64,000 nucleotides of DNA. Source: Candidatus Marinacidobacterales bacterium. GTDB lineage: Bacteria; Acidobacteriota; Vicinamibacteria; Marinacidobacterales; DATDRI01. The stretch covers positions 4,640,001-4,704,000 of the forward strand of contig OZ245365.1 of assembly GCA_965226495.1 (NCBI GenBank), read 5' to 3'. Both the position numbers and the translations under genes were made by a program. The first letter of the stretch is position 1; the number at the start of each line of letters is the position of its first letter. The notes below the pieces were generated by a model. That model was given only the letters and a program-made list of their open reading frames with translations. It was not told the DNA's origin and made no database searches. Shown one piece after another: positions 30,326 to 39,928 of this stretch.

Positions 30326-33151
30326 TTACTCTTCCGACGCCAAGGCCAGAAGCCGTGCCCTGGTTTCGGCAGACCAGCCCGAGTGGGCTTCCAGAACGCG
30401 ACCCTCCTCGTCGACGAGAAGAGTCAAAGGCACGGTGAGCTGCGGCGAAGCGTAGATCTTCTCGATGTCCTTCTCATCGAGTAGGACGTTCTTATAGCGG
30501 ATCGAGCGCTCTTCGAGGTAGGAGAGAGCGGCATCCCGCTGCCCGAAATCCAAGCTGATACCGATTAGATCGACGCCGGCGGCGGCGAGTTTGTCTTGAA
30601 GCCGCGACAGCTCGGGCATTTCGACGGAGCACGGGACACACCAAGTCGCCCAAAAGTTAACGACGGTCTTTCGCCCCGGCTTCAAGAGCGAACCCAGCGT
30701 GCCCGAGGACCCCGAGGACGAGGACGGTAACGTTACCACCGACAGATCCGGGAGCGGCTCGCCCTTTCGAAAGGCGAGACTGTGGAATAGTTGTTCCGAC
30801 GCCGGCTCGGGGTCGGGCAAGCTTCGGAGGCGCTCGGAAACCATCTCGACCGTCCCGGCGCCTTCCACCAGCCGTAGGCTTTGACCGGCACGGACATCGG
30901 GGTACGTCTCCACCAAACCGGAAGGCCACGTCACCGTCAGCTCGTAGCTTTCATGCTGGCCCGAGCGGGGGCCGAGCCCGAAGACGAGCCGGGGGTCGCC
31001 TGCAGAAACGAATCCGCTACCCCCGGACTTGATCTTGGTTTGAGTTCCTAGTGGCGTCCGCAGGCGGACCACGGTCCCGAAAGCATCTCGAGCCGACTGC
31101 GTCCCCTCGAGACTCACTCGTATAAAGCCGTTTTCTTGGCCCACGTTGTTCCGATAAAGACGCCGGCCCTCGTTTTGAACCGGCACCACCACCACATCCA
31201 GATCCCCGTCGTTATCGAGATCGGCGAACGAGCAGCCGCGACCATCCCCAATGGAGTCCAGGCCCGAAACACCGGAGATCTCGAGATAGGTCCCGTCCCC
31301 TCGGCTCAAGTACAAACCGTCGCGCTCGAAGCCGCTGAATGACAGACCTTTTTCGAAGATCTCGGTCATGTGGTGGTTCTGGTAATCGGTATTCCCCGGC
31401 TGCTCGACTTTAGCCGCGGACGCCACCACGTGGCGCCAAAAGAGGCTTCAGGTGTCTTTCATGGTCTTGCCAGACACGAAGCCGTTGACGGAGAAGACGT
31501 CTTCCCAGCCATCGTTGTCCAAATCGAAAAAGCCGCCGCCATATGCCCAACCGGCGCCGAAGCCTCCGGCACGCTGCGCGACGTTCTTGAACGTACCGTC
31601 ACCCTGGTTCTCGAAAAGAGAGTTGCCGGCGGCGAGTTTCTTGAGAACCACTCCATCTGGGGTGGCGTCGGGCATGAGCCTTTTCAGAATCCGATTGCCC
31701 GCCGTCGAGGACATGTTCGTTACGTGGAGGTCCAAATCTCCATCGTTGTCATAGTCCCCGAAGGAGACACCCATGCCGTTTCCCGGATCGACGACACCCC
31801 TTTGCACCGCCTCGTCGCGGAAGTGGTCACCGTAGTTCACGAAGAGCGCGTTTTCGCCGAAGTCATTGCTCACGTACAAATCCTGGCGACCGTCCGCGCT
31901 CACGTCGGCGAATGCCGCGGCGTAGCCCCAACGCGAATCATCGACCCCCCATTTCGTTCCCTCTTCCCGGAAACGGCCGTTTCCCTGATTGATAAAGAGA
32001 AGATTGGGAGTACCGTTGCTCGCCTTGCTCCAGGAATCGGGCATCACCTGACCGTAGAGGTTGTAGGAGGTGACATAGATGTCGGTCCACCCGTCTCCAT
32101 TTACATCCGCCGCCGCGGCGCTGAAACCAACCGCTCGGTGGTCGACGCCCGCCTCGCTGGACACATCCAAGAAGCGCAGCTCGCCGGTGGGCCGCAGCTG
32201 GTTTTGAAGCAAGCTCTGCTCTCCGACGGCGGCGAAGAAAATATCCAGGTCCCCATCGTTGTCGTAGTCGAGGAGTAGCGTTCCTGTTCCGTCCCGGCTG
32301 TAGCCCACGAGCGTTTCCTCAGAGGCATCGCGAAACGGACCCTCCCACTCATTCAGAAACAGTCGATTCCCCAGCACCCCGCTGGTCACGATGTCGAGCA
32401 ACCCGTCGTCGTTGACATCGCCCACCGCCGCACCATGAGCCTTGAAGCCGTCGTTGGGAGGCTCGCCGAAAGCAGGCACGTCCTCCCACAGCCCGGCGGG
32501 TCGGGTCACATCGGAAAACAGGTCCTCCTCGGACAGCATGCTTTCAAGCGACTCGAACGACCAACTCCGCACTCTCCAAAGTTCTTCAGGCACTCTCTCG
32601 ACACGAACCTGAATCCACCCCCGTACCCATTCGCGCCGTCCCTTCCCGTCGCGGCCTACGACAAAGAAGAAGACGCGGCTTTCGCCGCGCGTCGGCGTAC
32701 CACCATCGAAGTCTGCCCCTTTCACCTTGAGGCGGACATCCTCGATTTCGGTGAAATGAGACAGAAACCCTTCGACACTCTGAAGGAAGTCGGCACGTTC
32801 GGTCACTTTGGGAGCCACGTTCAGATCCCAGCCGTGCCGACGGATCCATTTAATGTCGTGCTGCACAGCATCCGGTCGAGTGGGAAACAAAGTGGCCTCG
32901 AACTCCTCGGGGAAGTATTTTGCAGCCTTCCCGAGGTCTTGTCGGCGAAGCTCGACCGACAAGTCCAAGAGCTGGTTTGCCAGCGACTCTGAATCGTCTT
33001 CTATCTGCTCGAGCGCGGCGCGATCGAGCTCGAGAGAAGACCGTTCCTGGGCCAAGGCCTCATCGGGTAAGGTGCTAACTAGCAGGACGAGCGCCAGGGC
33101 TGTCGGCAGATGGGTGCGACCCCAGCCAACCCAAGAGACATTTAGTGACAT
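30326..33151 (-). CDS. Secreted FG-GAP/CRTAC1 (ASPIC-UnbV) protein with C-terminal TlpA thioredoxin domain; in-frame TGA at 31448-31450 (candidate selenocysteine)
   Basis: ORFs 31448-33151 and 30326-31429 are in the same frame; DxDxDG repeats continue across the TGA; ASPIC/UnbV region and NFWATWCVPC follow; a hairpin lies directly after the TGA. Confidence 0.75.
31412..31447 (-). promoter_or_regulatory. Bacterial SECIS-like hairpin
   Basis: After UGA: AGCC-UCUUUU-GGCGCCAC-[GUG]-GUGGCGUC-CGC-GGCU; the apical loop starts with G 18 nt after the UGA. Confidence 0.6.
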
Positions 33152-33298
33152 CAGCGAGTAAGAGCTTAGACAATCCCCACGGCGTTTCCAAATCTGCCGC
33201 CCTCAGTATTGTAGTCACCGGCGCCCGAGACGTGAGACAATCCGCGGACTTGGATTGTGGTGGGACGCAGATCCAGCGACTAGCAATGGAGGGTCACG

Positions 33299-34546
33299 AT
33301 GAGCTCGGAACCTAAGACAGATGCGGTTAGCTTTCGTTGGGTCATTATCTTTCTGATCTGGCTCGCCAATACCTGCGGAGCGCTCACCCAATTATCAGGT
33401 GGCCCGGTCCAGCTCTCCGTGGCGAAAGAATTCGGGCTAAACGCTGCCCAGTTAGCCACCTGGATCAACCTACCCCTGCTAGCTATTGGCCTCTTCTCGA
33501 TCCCCGCAGGCATCCTGGTGGACCGGTTTGGAGCTCGCGCCGGAGTGGCGTTCGCGTTGCTCCTCATGTCCGTATTCGCGCTCGGACGAGGAATCGCTCC
33601 TAGCTTTGCGTGGCTTTGTTTCGCGACTTTCTCCTTCGGAATCGGTTACGCTTTTCTGCTGAGCGGGATGCCCAAGGCGGTGTCCGAGTGGTTTCCATCC
33701 CACGAACTGGGACGAGCGGTCGGATTCTATACGTCCGGAGCTTCTGTCGGAGTGCTCACCGTCTTTTGGTTTGCGATACCTGTGTTCGGCGATAATTGGA
33801 GAGACCTCTTCTTAGCCTCGGGTGGCACCGTGACGGTCGCCTTTCTCGCCTGGCTCGTCCTCGGCAAAAAATCTTCCCGTGCTTCGTCCGGGCATGGCGC
33901 TCCCGGGGGAGTCGGCGACATGCTCCGAAGCTTTCGATCGGTCGCGAGTCAGCGCGACGTGAGGCTATTGGTAGGACTGTGCGCCATGACGCAGGTCGGG
34001 GTCTTCGGCTGGCTGGCTTTCGGTTTTCCGTACTTGGTGATCGCCAAAGGCGCTCCGGAGGAAACGGCTGGCCAGGTGGTCGCGTTCACGATGGTGGGCT
34101 TCCTCTTTGGGGCACTCTCCGTATCCGGACTTTCAGATCGGCTCGGCAAACGGCGGCCATTCCTGATCGGGCCGGCCTTCGTCACTTGCCTGTTGTTCTT
34201 CGGCCTGATCGTGGTTCCTCTGGGGTGGCTCTTCTGGGCCATGGTGCTCTTGATCGGATTCTGCCTCGCCGCGATTCAAGTTCTGCTATTCGCCCTACCG
34301 CTCGAGCTTCCGGGGGTTTCGAAGGATCAGGTCGGTGCCTGCGAAGGTCTTATCATTTCTATCGGCTACTTCTTCGGGATCGCAGCCTCTCCCGTCTTGG
34401 GATCGCTACTGGGAAGCTACGATACAACGACGCCCCAGCAGTTCTTTGTCGTGGTGGGTTGCATGGGAGCGGCACTGGGCGTCGGGACCGTCCTATCGTT
34501 CTTGATGAGTGAGACTGGACCCGCCGGTCGAAAGGCCTCCGCCTAA
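33299..34546 (+). CDS. MFS transporter
   Basis: About 12 TM segments; GILVDRFGAR motif A; WFPSHELG; SDRLGKRR. Confidence 0.92.
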   Translation: MSSEPKTDAVSFRWVIIFLIWLANTCGALTQLSGGPVQLSVAKEFGLNAAQLATWINLPLLAIGLFSIPAGILVDRFGARAGVAFALLLMSVFALGRGIAPSFAWLCFATFSFGIGYAFLLSGMPKAVSEWFPSHELGRAVGFYTSGASVGVLTVFWFAIPVFGDNWRDLFLASGGTVTVAFLAWLVLGKKSSRASSGHGAPGGVGDMLRSFRSVASQRDVRLLVGLCAMTQVGVFGWLAFGFPYLVIAKGAPEETAGQVVAFTMVGFLFGALSVSGLSDRLGKRRPFLIGPAFVTCLLFFGLIVVPLGWLFWAMVLLIGFCLAAIQVLLFALPLELPGVSKDQVGACEGLIISIGYFFGIAASPVLGSLLGSYDTTTPQQFFVVVGCMGAALGVGTVLSFLMSETGPAGRKASA

Positions 34547-34553
34547 GGCCCCC

Positions 34554-35735
34554 ATGGACCGTAGGCAGTTCCTGAAGGCCGGCGCTCTCGCCGGGGCAGG
34601 AGCCGCGTACTTCGGAGCTGCTCACCTTTACCTCTCGGACGAGAGGTGGACGCCCAATCGTTCCTATTGGGTCGCGCGGGGACGCGCGCCCGTGAACCCT
34701 CCTCTGCAAGGTAACCACTCAGTAGACCTCGCGGTGATCGGTGGTGGCGTCACCGGTCTCTCCACCGCGATCCACGCCCGGGAAATGATGCCGGGACTCC
34801 AGGTGGCGCTCCTCGAAGCCGAATACGTCGGCTACGGGGCCACCGGGCGCAGCGGCGGCATCCTCGCAAACGGCACCGAGATGGGAATCCAGGAAGGCAC
34901 CGAATACAACACGACCTTTGCTATCTCCTTCATTGATCGCCTCGGTATCGAATGCGATCTCGATCGAGAGAACGAAGAGTTGGATCCCTACAAATACGCC
35001 GTGGGATTGAAGGCGGCGGCGGAACGCGCAGGCGTTCGAGTCTACGAGGGCACGCGAGTCGTCGAAATCGACAAGGGGAATCCCGTTAGGCTCGCGGGCG
35101 ACGGTTTCACTCTTCAAGCGCCGCGCGTGATCGTCGCCACCAACGGCTACATGCCGAAGCTCGGTGTCGCCGCCGAGCGTATCTTCCCGGTGCACACCGG
35201 TGTGGCGGTCACCACTCCGATGCCGGACGAGGTGCTTTCCGGCTTTCCCGCGAGCCTCCACATCATGACCAACCGAGAGATGTACGTGTGGGGTCGAAAG
35301 GTTCCTGGGAAGCGCATGCTCATGGGGTCCGGCGCGGAGTACTACTACGATAACGGCCTTTGCGACACGAGTGAGCGCTACGTATTCGCGGCGCTAGAAC
35401 GATTCATGAAAGAGAGCCATCCCGAGCTGACTGATTATCCGTTCGAGTACACGTGGACCGGTCCGATGGGAGTGACCGAGGATCAAGAGCCCGTGATGGG
35501 AACGGAAGGCAAGGACGGCAACATCTTCTACTGTGGTGGCTACGCGGGTCTCGGGATCGCGATGGGTACGCGCGCCGGCCAGTGGCTGGCCGGGATGCTG
35601 GAAGGCGCGGCTCCTCCCGACTGGCTGTTCCGTGATACGTTCCGCTTTCCCGGTGAGCCCCTGCGCTTCATTGGTGTGAACAGTGCCATCAATCTCATGA
35701 ATCTAAGCCTCCTGAGCATGAAGAAACATGAGTAG
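34554..35735 (+). CDS. Tat-exported FAD-dependent oxidoreductase (DAO/PuuB-like)
   Basis: MDRRQFLK twin-Arg signal, VIGGGVTG, GATGRSGG, WTGPMG, GYAGLG. Confidence 0.85.
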   Translation: MDRRQFLKAGALAGAGAAYFGAAHLYLSDERWTPNRSYWVARGRAPVNPPLQGNHSVDLAVIGGGVTGLSTAIHAREMMPGLQVALLEAEYVGYGATGRSGGILANGTEMGIQEGTEYNTTFAISFIDRLGIECDLDRENEELDPYKYAVGLKAAAERAGVRVYEGTRVVEIDKGNPVRLAGDGFTLQAPRVIVATNGYMPKLGVAAERIFPVHTGVAVTTPMPDEVLSGFPASLHIMTNREMYVWGRKVPGKRMLMGSGAEYYYDNGLCDTSERYVFAALERFMKESHPELTDYPFEYTWTGPMGVTEDQEPVMGTEGKDGNIFYCGGYAGLGIAMGTRAGQWLAGMLEGAAPPDWLFRDTFRFPGEPLRFIGVNSAINLMNLSLLSMKKHE

Positions 35736-35988
35736 CGAAGAAAGCGTCCTTCGCAATTGGCAGGTTCCGCTCGTGGGTCCGACTTCGCTCGTTGTTCTCG
35801 GAGTCCTGTCTATTCTGTTTTTTTGGGTACCGTTGGTTGCGCCATTGATTCAGCTCGTCGCTTTGGTTCAGTGTCTTCGCACCGCGCGATGGGGATTGGC
35901 CGAACCGTGGAGCCTGGTCATCGGAGTCGGCGGAGCGTTCGTCGGGTTCGGTCTGTTTCTTGCGCTCCAGTACCGGTGGGTGATCTAG
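35728..35988 (+). CDS. Small membrane protein
   Basis: Hydrophobic 86-aa ORF overlapping the upstream stop, consistent with translational coupling. Confidence 0.6.
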   Translation: MSSEESVLRNWQVPLVGPTSLVVLGVLSILFFWVPLVAPLIQLVALVQCLRTARWGLAEPWSLVIGVGGAFVGFGLFLALQYRWVI

Positions 35989-36075
35989 GCGTCCGGTTCT
36001 CGAGTCGCAACCGACCGACCTGTGGCGTAAGATACGCCCAAGATTGAGGGCAAGCCTCAGATAGGAGGGTAAGCC

Positions 36076-37005
36076 ATGCCAGTTCGCGACCCCAGTGAAG
36101 CAGATACTGCCGAGCACCGGCCGATCGGTGATGATGCCGAGGCCGTCGAAGCCGGGCAACCTCCCCTCTCTTCATTGGTCCACATCGATTTCGGGGCGGT
36201 TACCGACCGCGGCAAGAAGCGGTCCAACAACGAAGACAGCTACCTGGTAGCCCGCTGCGGCCGGGCCTTGGAGGCCCTGCTGACCAATCTCCCCAAAGAA
36301 GAAATGCCGACCGAATTCCGTGAGACCGGCTACGGGATGATCGTGGCCGATGGCATGGGTGGTGCGGCGGCCGGAGAAGTCGCGAGCCGTATGGCCATCA
36401 GCACCCTGGTGAAACTGGTCACCGAAATCCCTGATTGGATCCTCCAGTTCGACGAGGATCGAGAGAAGGAGGCCTTAAAGCGCGCCGACCATCACTACCG
36501 CCGGGTGCACGAGGCCCTTACCAAGCGCGCCGAGTCCGATCCCAAGCTCGCCGGTATGGGTACCACGATGACCGTGGCGACGGTCATCGGCGCCGACGGG
36601 GTCGTCGCCCACGTGGGAGATTCACGGGCCTACCTCTATCGCGACGGCAAGCTCCACCAGCTGACCAAGGATCAAACCCAGGCTCAGCTACTCCTCGACG
36701 CCGGCGTCATTAATAAGGAAGAATTCTCCAAGCACCGGTACCGCCATGTGCTGCTCCAGGCAATCGGGGGGCGCGGTGGACTGGTGGACGTCGAGATTCA
36801 GAGGATGCGCTTCCGCAACGACGATCGCTTGTTGCTTTGTACCGACGGTCTGACCGACATGGTCGACGACACCCAGATCGCCGAGGTTCTCGGTCGCGGA
36901 GCGTCGTCCCAGGAAGGATGTCAGGCTCTTGTCGATCTAGCCTTGGAGGCCGGGGGGAAAGACAACGTCACCGTCGTCGCGGCGCATTTGAGTATTCCGG
37001 ATTAG
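36076..37005 (+). CDS. PP2C-family Ser/Thr phosphatase
   Basis: NNEDS, VADGMGG, GMGTT, HVGDSRAY, LCTDGL, GKDNVT. Confidence 0.95.
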   Translation: MPVRDPSEADTAEHRPIGDDAEAVEAGQPPLSSLVHIDFGAVTDRGKKRSNNEDSYLVARCGRALEALLTNLPKEEMPTEFRETGYGMIVADGMGGAAAGEVASRMAISTLVKLVTEIPDWILQFDEDREKEALKRADHHYRRVHEALTKRAESDPKLAGMGTTMTVATVIGADGVVAHVGDSRAYLYRDGKLHQLTKDQTQAQLLLDAGVINKEEFSKHRYRHVLLQAIGGRGGLVDVEIQRMRFRNDDRLLLCTDGLTDMVDDTQIAEVLGRGASSQEGCQALVDLALEAGGKDNVTVVAAHLSIPD

Positions 37006-37097
37006 CTAGCCGCCCGATTCGAGGCGTTCCCAATTTAGAATCAGAAGCACCTCTCGGCGTTCTGTGCTAACTTGGGCCCGTTCTGGAGGTGTGGGCC

Positions 37098-38009
37098 ATG
37101 AAATCTTCTCTCAGTATCTTCTTACTACTGTTCGTTCTCCTACCGAGCGCAAGCAACGCGCAGGATAAGTCCACCTATTACACCGTGATACATCCCGACG
37201 AGTTCACGATTGATTGGGAGGGCTGGTACGAAAAATGGGAGCAGCGGACCGCGGAAGTGCGCGCGGAGTTCCCGCATCATTTGAATCTTGCGTACGGAGA
37301 AGATCCCAAGCAGAAGCTGGATCTCTATCTCCCCAAGGGTAGCCCGAAAGATGCCCCCGTCTTCTTGTTTCTTCACGGTGGCGGGATGCGCGAAGGTGAC
37401 CGGGCTCAGTACGGGTACCTAGCGCGACCTTTTCTGGAGAACGGCATCGTGGTGGCCCTCGCCAGCTACCGTCTCACACCCAAAAATACCTACCCCGATC
37501 AACCGAACGATTCCCGAGACGCTGCGGCCTGGCTCTACAAGAACGTCGCATCCTACGGAGGCAATCCCCGAGCCCTCTATGTGGGCGGCCACTCAGCCGG
37601 GGGGCATCTTTCGGGCCTCATCTGCGCCAACACCGACTGGCTCGCCGAGCGATCGGTTCCGAGGGACGCACTTCAGGGCTGCGTCCCGATGAGCTCAGAC
37701 TACGGGTTCGAGGCGATCCAGAAGCGAACGACTTACCTTCCGGATGCCTCGGATCACAAAGGCGCTACACCGATTCTCAACATCAAGAATCCCCCGCCCT
37801 ATTTCGTCATTGCCGCGGGGGGTGACGAAGAGCATTTGATCGAGCCGAGCAAGGAGTTCGCCGCGGCGCTCCGCGAGGCTGGGAGCACTGCAGTGGTCGT
37901 GTTCGGCGAGGACATGGACCACGCCGAGATAGTGGCCGTTTTGGGAGACGGCAATAGCAAGCTCTTCAAAGCAGCCCTCGAGATGATCCGATCGGAACCG
38001 GGGACTTAG
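37098..38009 (+). CDS. Exported alpha/beta hydrolase (kynurenine formamidase/HSL-like)
   Basis: Signal peptide, LDLY, HGGG, GHSAGGH nucleophile elbow, C-terminal DH. Confidence 0.85.
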   Translation: MKSSLSIFLLLFVLLPSASNAQDKSTYYTVIHPDEFTIDWEGWYEKWEQRTAEVRAEFPHHLNLAYGEDPKQKLDLYLPKGSPKDAPVFLFLHGGGMREGDRAQYGYLARPFLENGIVVALASYRLTPKNTYPDQPNDSRDAAAWLYKNVASYGGNPRALYVGGHSAGGHLSGLICANTDWLAERSVPRDALQGCVPMSSDYGFEAIQKRTTYLPDASDHKGATPILNIKNPPPYFVIAAGGDEEHLIEPSKEFAAALREAGSTAVVVFGEDMDHAEIVAVLGDGNSKLFKAALEMIRSEPGT

Positions 38010-38036
38010 TGTTCCGTATCTAATTCGAACGCCAGC

Positions 38037-38348
38037 TCAACCTGCGAGCTCGAAAAGCCGCGTGAATTTCTTCAGGGCGGTCGCCGAGCCGGTCACTTTC
38101 CACTTTCCGGTCTTCTCCAGATCGGCCGGGTCCTCCCCGGATTCGAAGCGACGAAAGATCTCGGATGTGGTCGTGACCACGACGTCCGGATCGGACGCTG
38201 ACCCGGCGGCGCTGGACAACTTCCCGTCTCGGACGAGCGCGTGCAACACCTCGTCGCCCACGCGGAACTCACAGCAAACCTTCACTCCCTGAGCCCGTTC
38301 GGGACGAAAAAAGGCCCTCATCGCCACGGCAGTCCAGGTAGCACGGTA
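38037..38348 (-). pseudogene. SCP2-like C-terminal fragment (probably of an HxlR-SCP2 regulator)
   Basis: W..VAMRAFFRPERA..EFRVGDE..DPDVVVTT..VTGS..L.KF..LF; no plausible own start or N-terminal HTH. Confidence 0.5.
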
Positions 38349-38380
38349 ACGATCTATATTGGTTTTGTCGGAGGTGAAAC

Positions 38381-38734
38381 ATGACTTGGCAGAAAGCGGT
38401 TCTAGGCTTGGTTTTGATTCTTTTCCTGGCCATGACGGGAGAGGTGCTTTACGAGCATGGCTACTTGGGCTTCTTCGCCATCGCGAGCTCCAATTCCGGC
38501 ACCCAACTGATGATGTTCGATCTGGTGGTCGCGCTGACACTCATCACGACCTGGATGGTTGGAGACGCCAGCGAGAAAGGAAAGGCCGTCGTTCCTTTCG
38601 TCCTTATCACCCTATTCTTCGGCGTCGCGAGCCCGCTGCTCTATCTCATCACTCGCAGCGAGGGAAAGGTTTTTCAGCGTATCGCGGGTACTGCCGTGCT
38701 GGTGCTTCTCATGGTCGCGGGCGTGGCGCTATGA
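38381..38734 (+). CDS. Small membrane protein (DUF2834-like)
   Basis: GGAGG RBS; DLVVAL..WM..DA..LFFG...PLLYL pattern. Confidence 0.65.
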   Translation: MTWQKAVLGLVLILFLAMTGEVLYEHGYLGFFAIASSNSGTQLMMFDLVVALTLITTWMVGDASEKGKAVVPFVLITLFFGVASPLLYLITRSEGKVFQRIAGTAVLVLLMVAGVAL

Positions 38735-39151
38735 GTTGACGCCAATGACGGGCAGCCCAAATGCGCGCGCGGCAGTAGTTAGTGCACCGTCGTGGGTCGC
38801 CATGACAAGCTCTTCGCCTCGCTGCTCACGCCAGAGTAGCGCCGTCGCTAGGTGAACGGCATCGAGTGTTCCTAGAGGAGTGGGAAAAGGCTGAGATGCG
38901 CGATTCAACACCAGCTTCGTGAGATCGACTAGGTGAAGCTCGGCAAGGAGTTGAAACATGGTCTCTCGCCTAAGCGCTAGGTCCTGATCCGACAGCCCCA
39001 CCGTGTGTCGGAGCCGATCGAGAGTGCGCAGACATTCGACCTCTACCAAGTGACTCGCAACGCCTACCTTGATGGATGCCCACTCTTTCAGGCTGTCCGG
39101 CTGACCAAGGACGACCCGCAGAAGCACGGACGAGTCAAGATAAGCGATCAC
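38729..39151 (-). CDS. vapC: PIN-domain (VapC) toxin
   Basis: YLDSSVL, VE, TLDAVHLATA, THD acidic PIN residues. Confidence 0.9.
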   Translation of the reverse strand: MIAYLDSSVLLRVVLGQPDSLKEWASIKVGVASHLVEVECLRTLDRLRHTVGLSDQDLALRRETMFQLLAELHLVDLTKLVLNRASQPFPTPLGTLDAVHLATALLWREQRGEELVMATHDGALTTAARAFGLPVIGVNS

Positions 39152-39411
39152 CGCTCGAGCTGTCGCTCCTCAAGTAGAAGACTGACAATGTCGATATCTA
39201 GTCTCAGGGGAGGAGGCAGCGGCACTTTCTGCAGAGATGGATATTTACCCAGTGGCGCCCGGACCTTCAGTGGCTCATCGCCTTCGGTATAGGGGACGAC
39301 CTTTGCCACAGGCTTATCCCGATCCAGAACCACGACAGAATGACCACGCCGCACGCGACGCAAGTGTTCGCTCAAGCGCGCCTTCAGATCCGCGATCTTC
39401 ACGCCCTTCAT
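39148..39411 (-). CDS. Phd/YefM-family antitoxin
   Basis: MKGVKIADLKARLSEHLRRVRRG..VLDRDKPVAK; overlaps the toxin start by 4 bp. Confidence 0.88.
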   Translation of the reverse strand: MKGVKIADLKARLSEHLRRVRRGHSVVVLDRDKPVAKVVPYTEGDEPLKVRAPLGKYPSLQKVPLPPPLRLDIDIVSLLLEERQLER

Positions 39412-39446
39412 GACTATAAGATAGTCATGAATGGTCATATTGTCAA
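39407..39446 (-). promoter_or_regulatory. TA promoter TTGACA-17-TATCTT with operator palindrome; likely leaderless mRNA
   Basis: 11-bp arms TTCATGACTAT-aag-ATAGTCATGAA cover the -10 box and the ATG; the ATG is 6 nt after the -10 box. Confidence 0.75.
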
Positions 39447-39518
39447 GGAGTGGATCTGCCGCCTGGGAACGAGAGTACGAAAGCGGACTCGTCATGCCGA
39501 AGCTTGAAGATGCCTGCT

Positions 39519-39886
39519 CGAGCCGTCCGTAAGCCGAGTTCTGTTCCCCCCTTTGGTTGCCCGTAGGAGGGCGACGATCATTTATCTAGCCGCGACGATT
39601 GCTCGCCGCAGTCGAGCGACCTACCCGGAAGCTTCGGACGGGCCGCCCTCGAACGCTTCCCTATTTGGTCTTGCTCCGTGCGGGGTTTGCCGTGCCTCGG
39701 ATGTCACCACCCGAGCGGTGCGCTCTTACCGCACCATTTCACCCTTACCTCCCCCGAAGGAAGAGGCGGTATATTTTCTGTGGCACTTTCCTTCCCGTCA
39801 CCGGGACTGGGGGTTGCCCAGCGCACTGCCCTGGGGAGTTCGGACTTTCCTCCGACCCGAAAGCCGGCGATCATCTGGTCGACTCG
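39519..39886 (-). ncRNA. rnpB: RNase P RNA (type A)
   Basis: GGAGGAAAGTCCGAACTC, AAGTGCCACAGAAAA, GGTGCGGTAAGAGCGCACC, AACAGAACTCGGCTTA; P1 ends pair; TATAAT at ~39900-39905. Confidence 0.97.
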
Positions 39887-39928
39887 AACAGGCAGGGCCA
39901 TTATACGACACGCGGCAAAACGGGGCGG

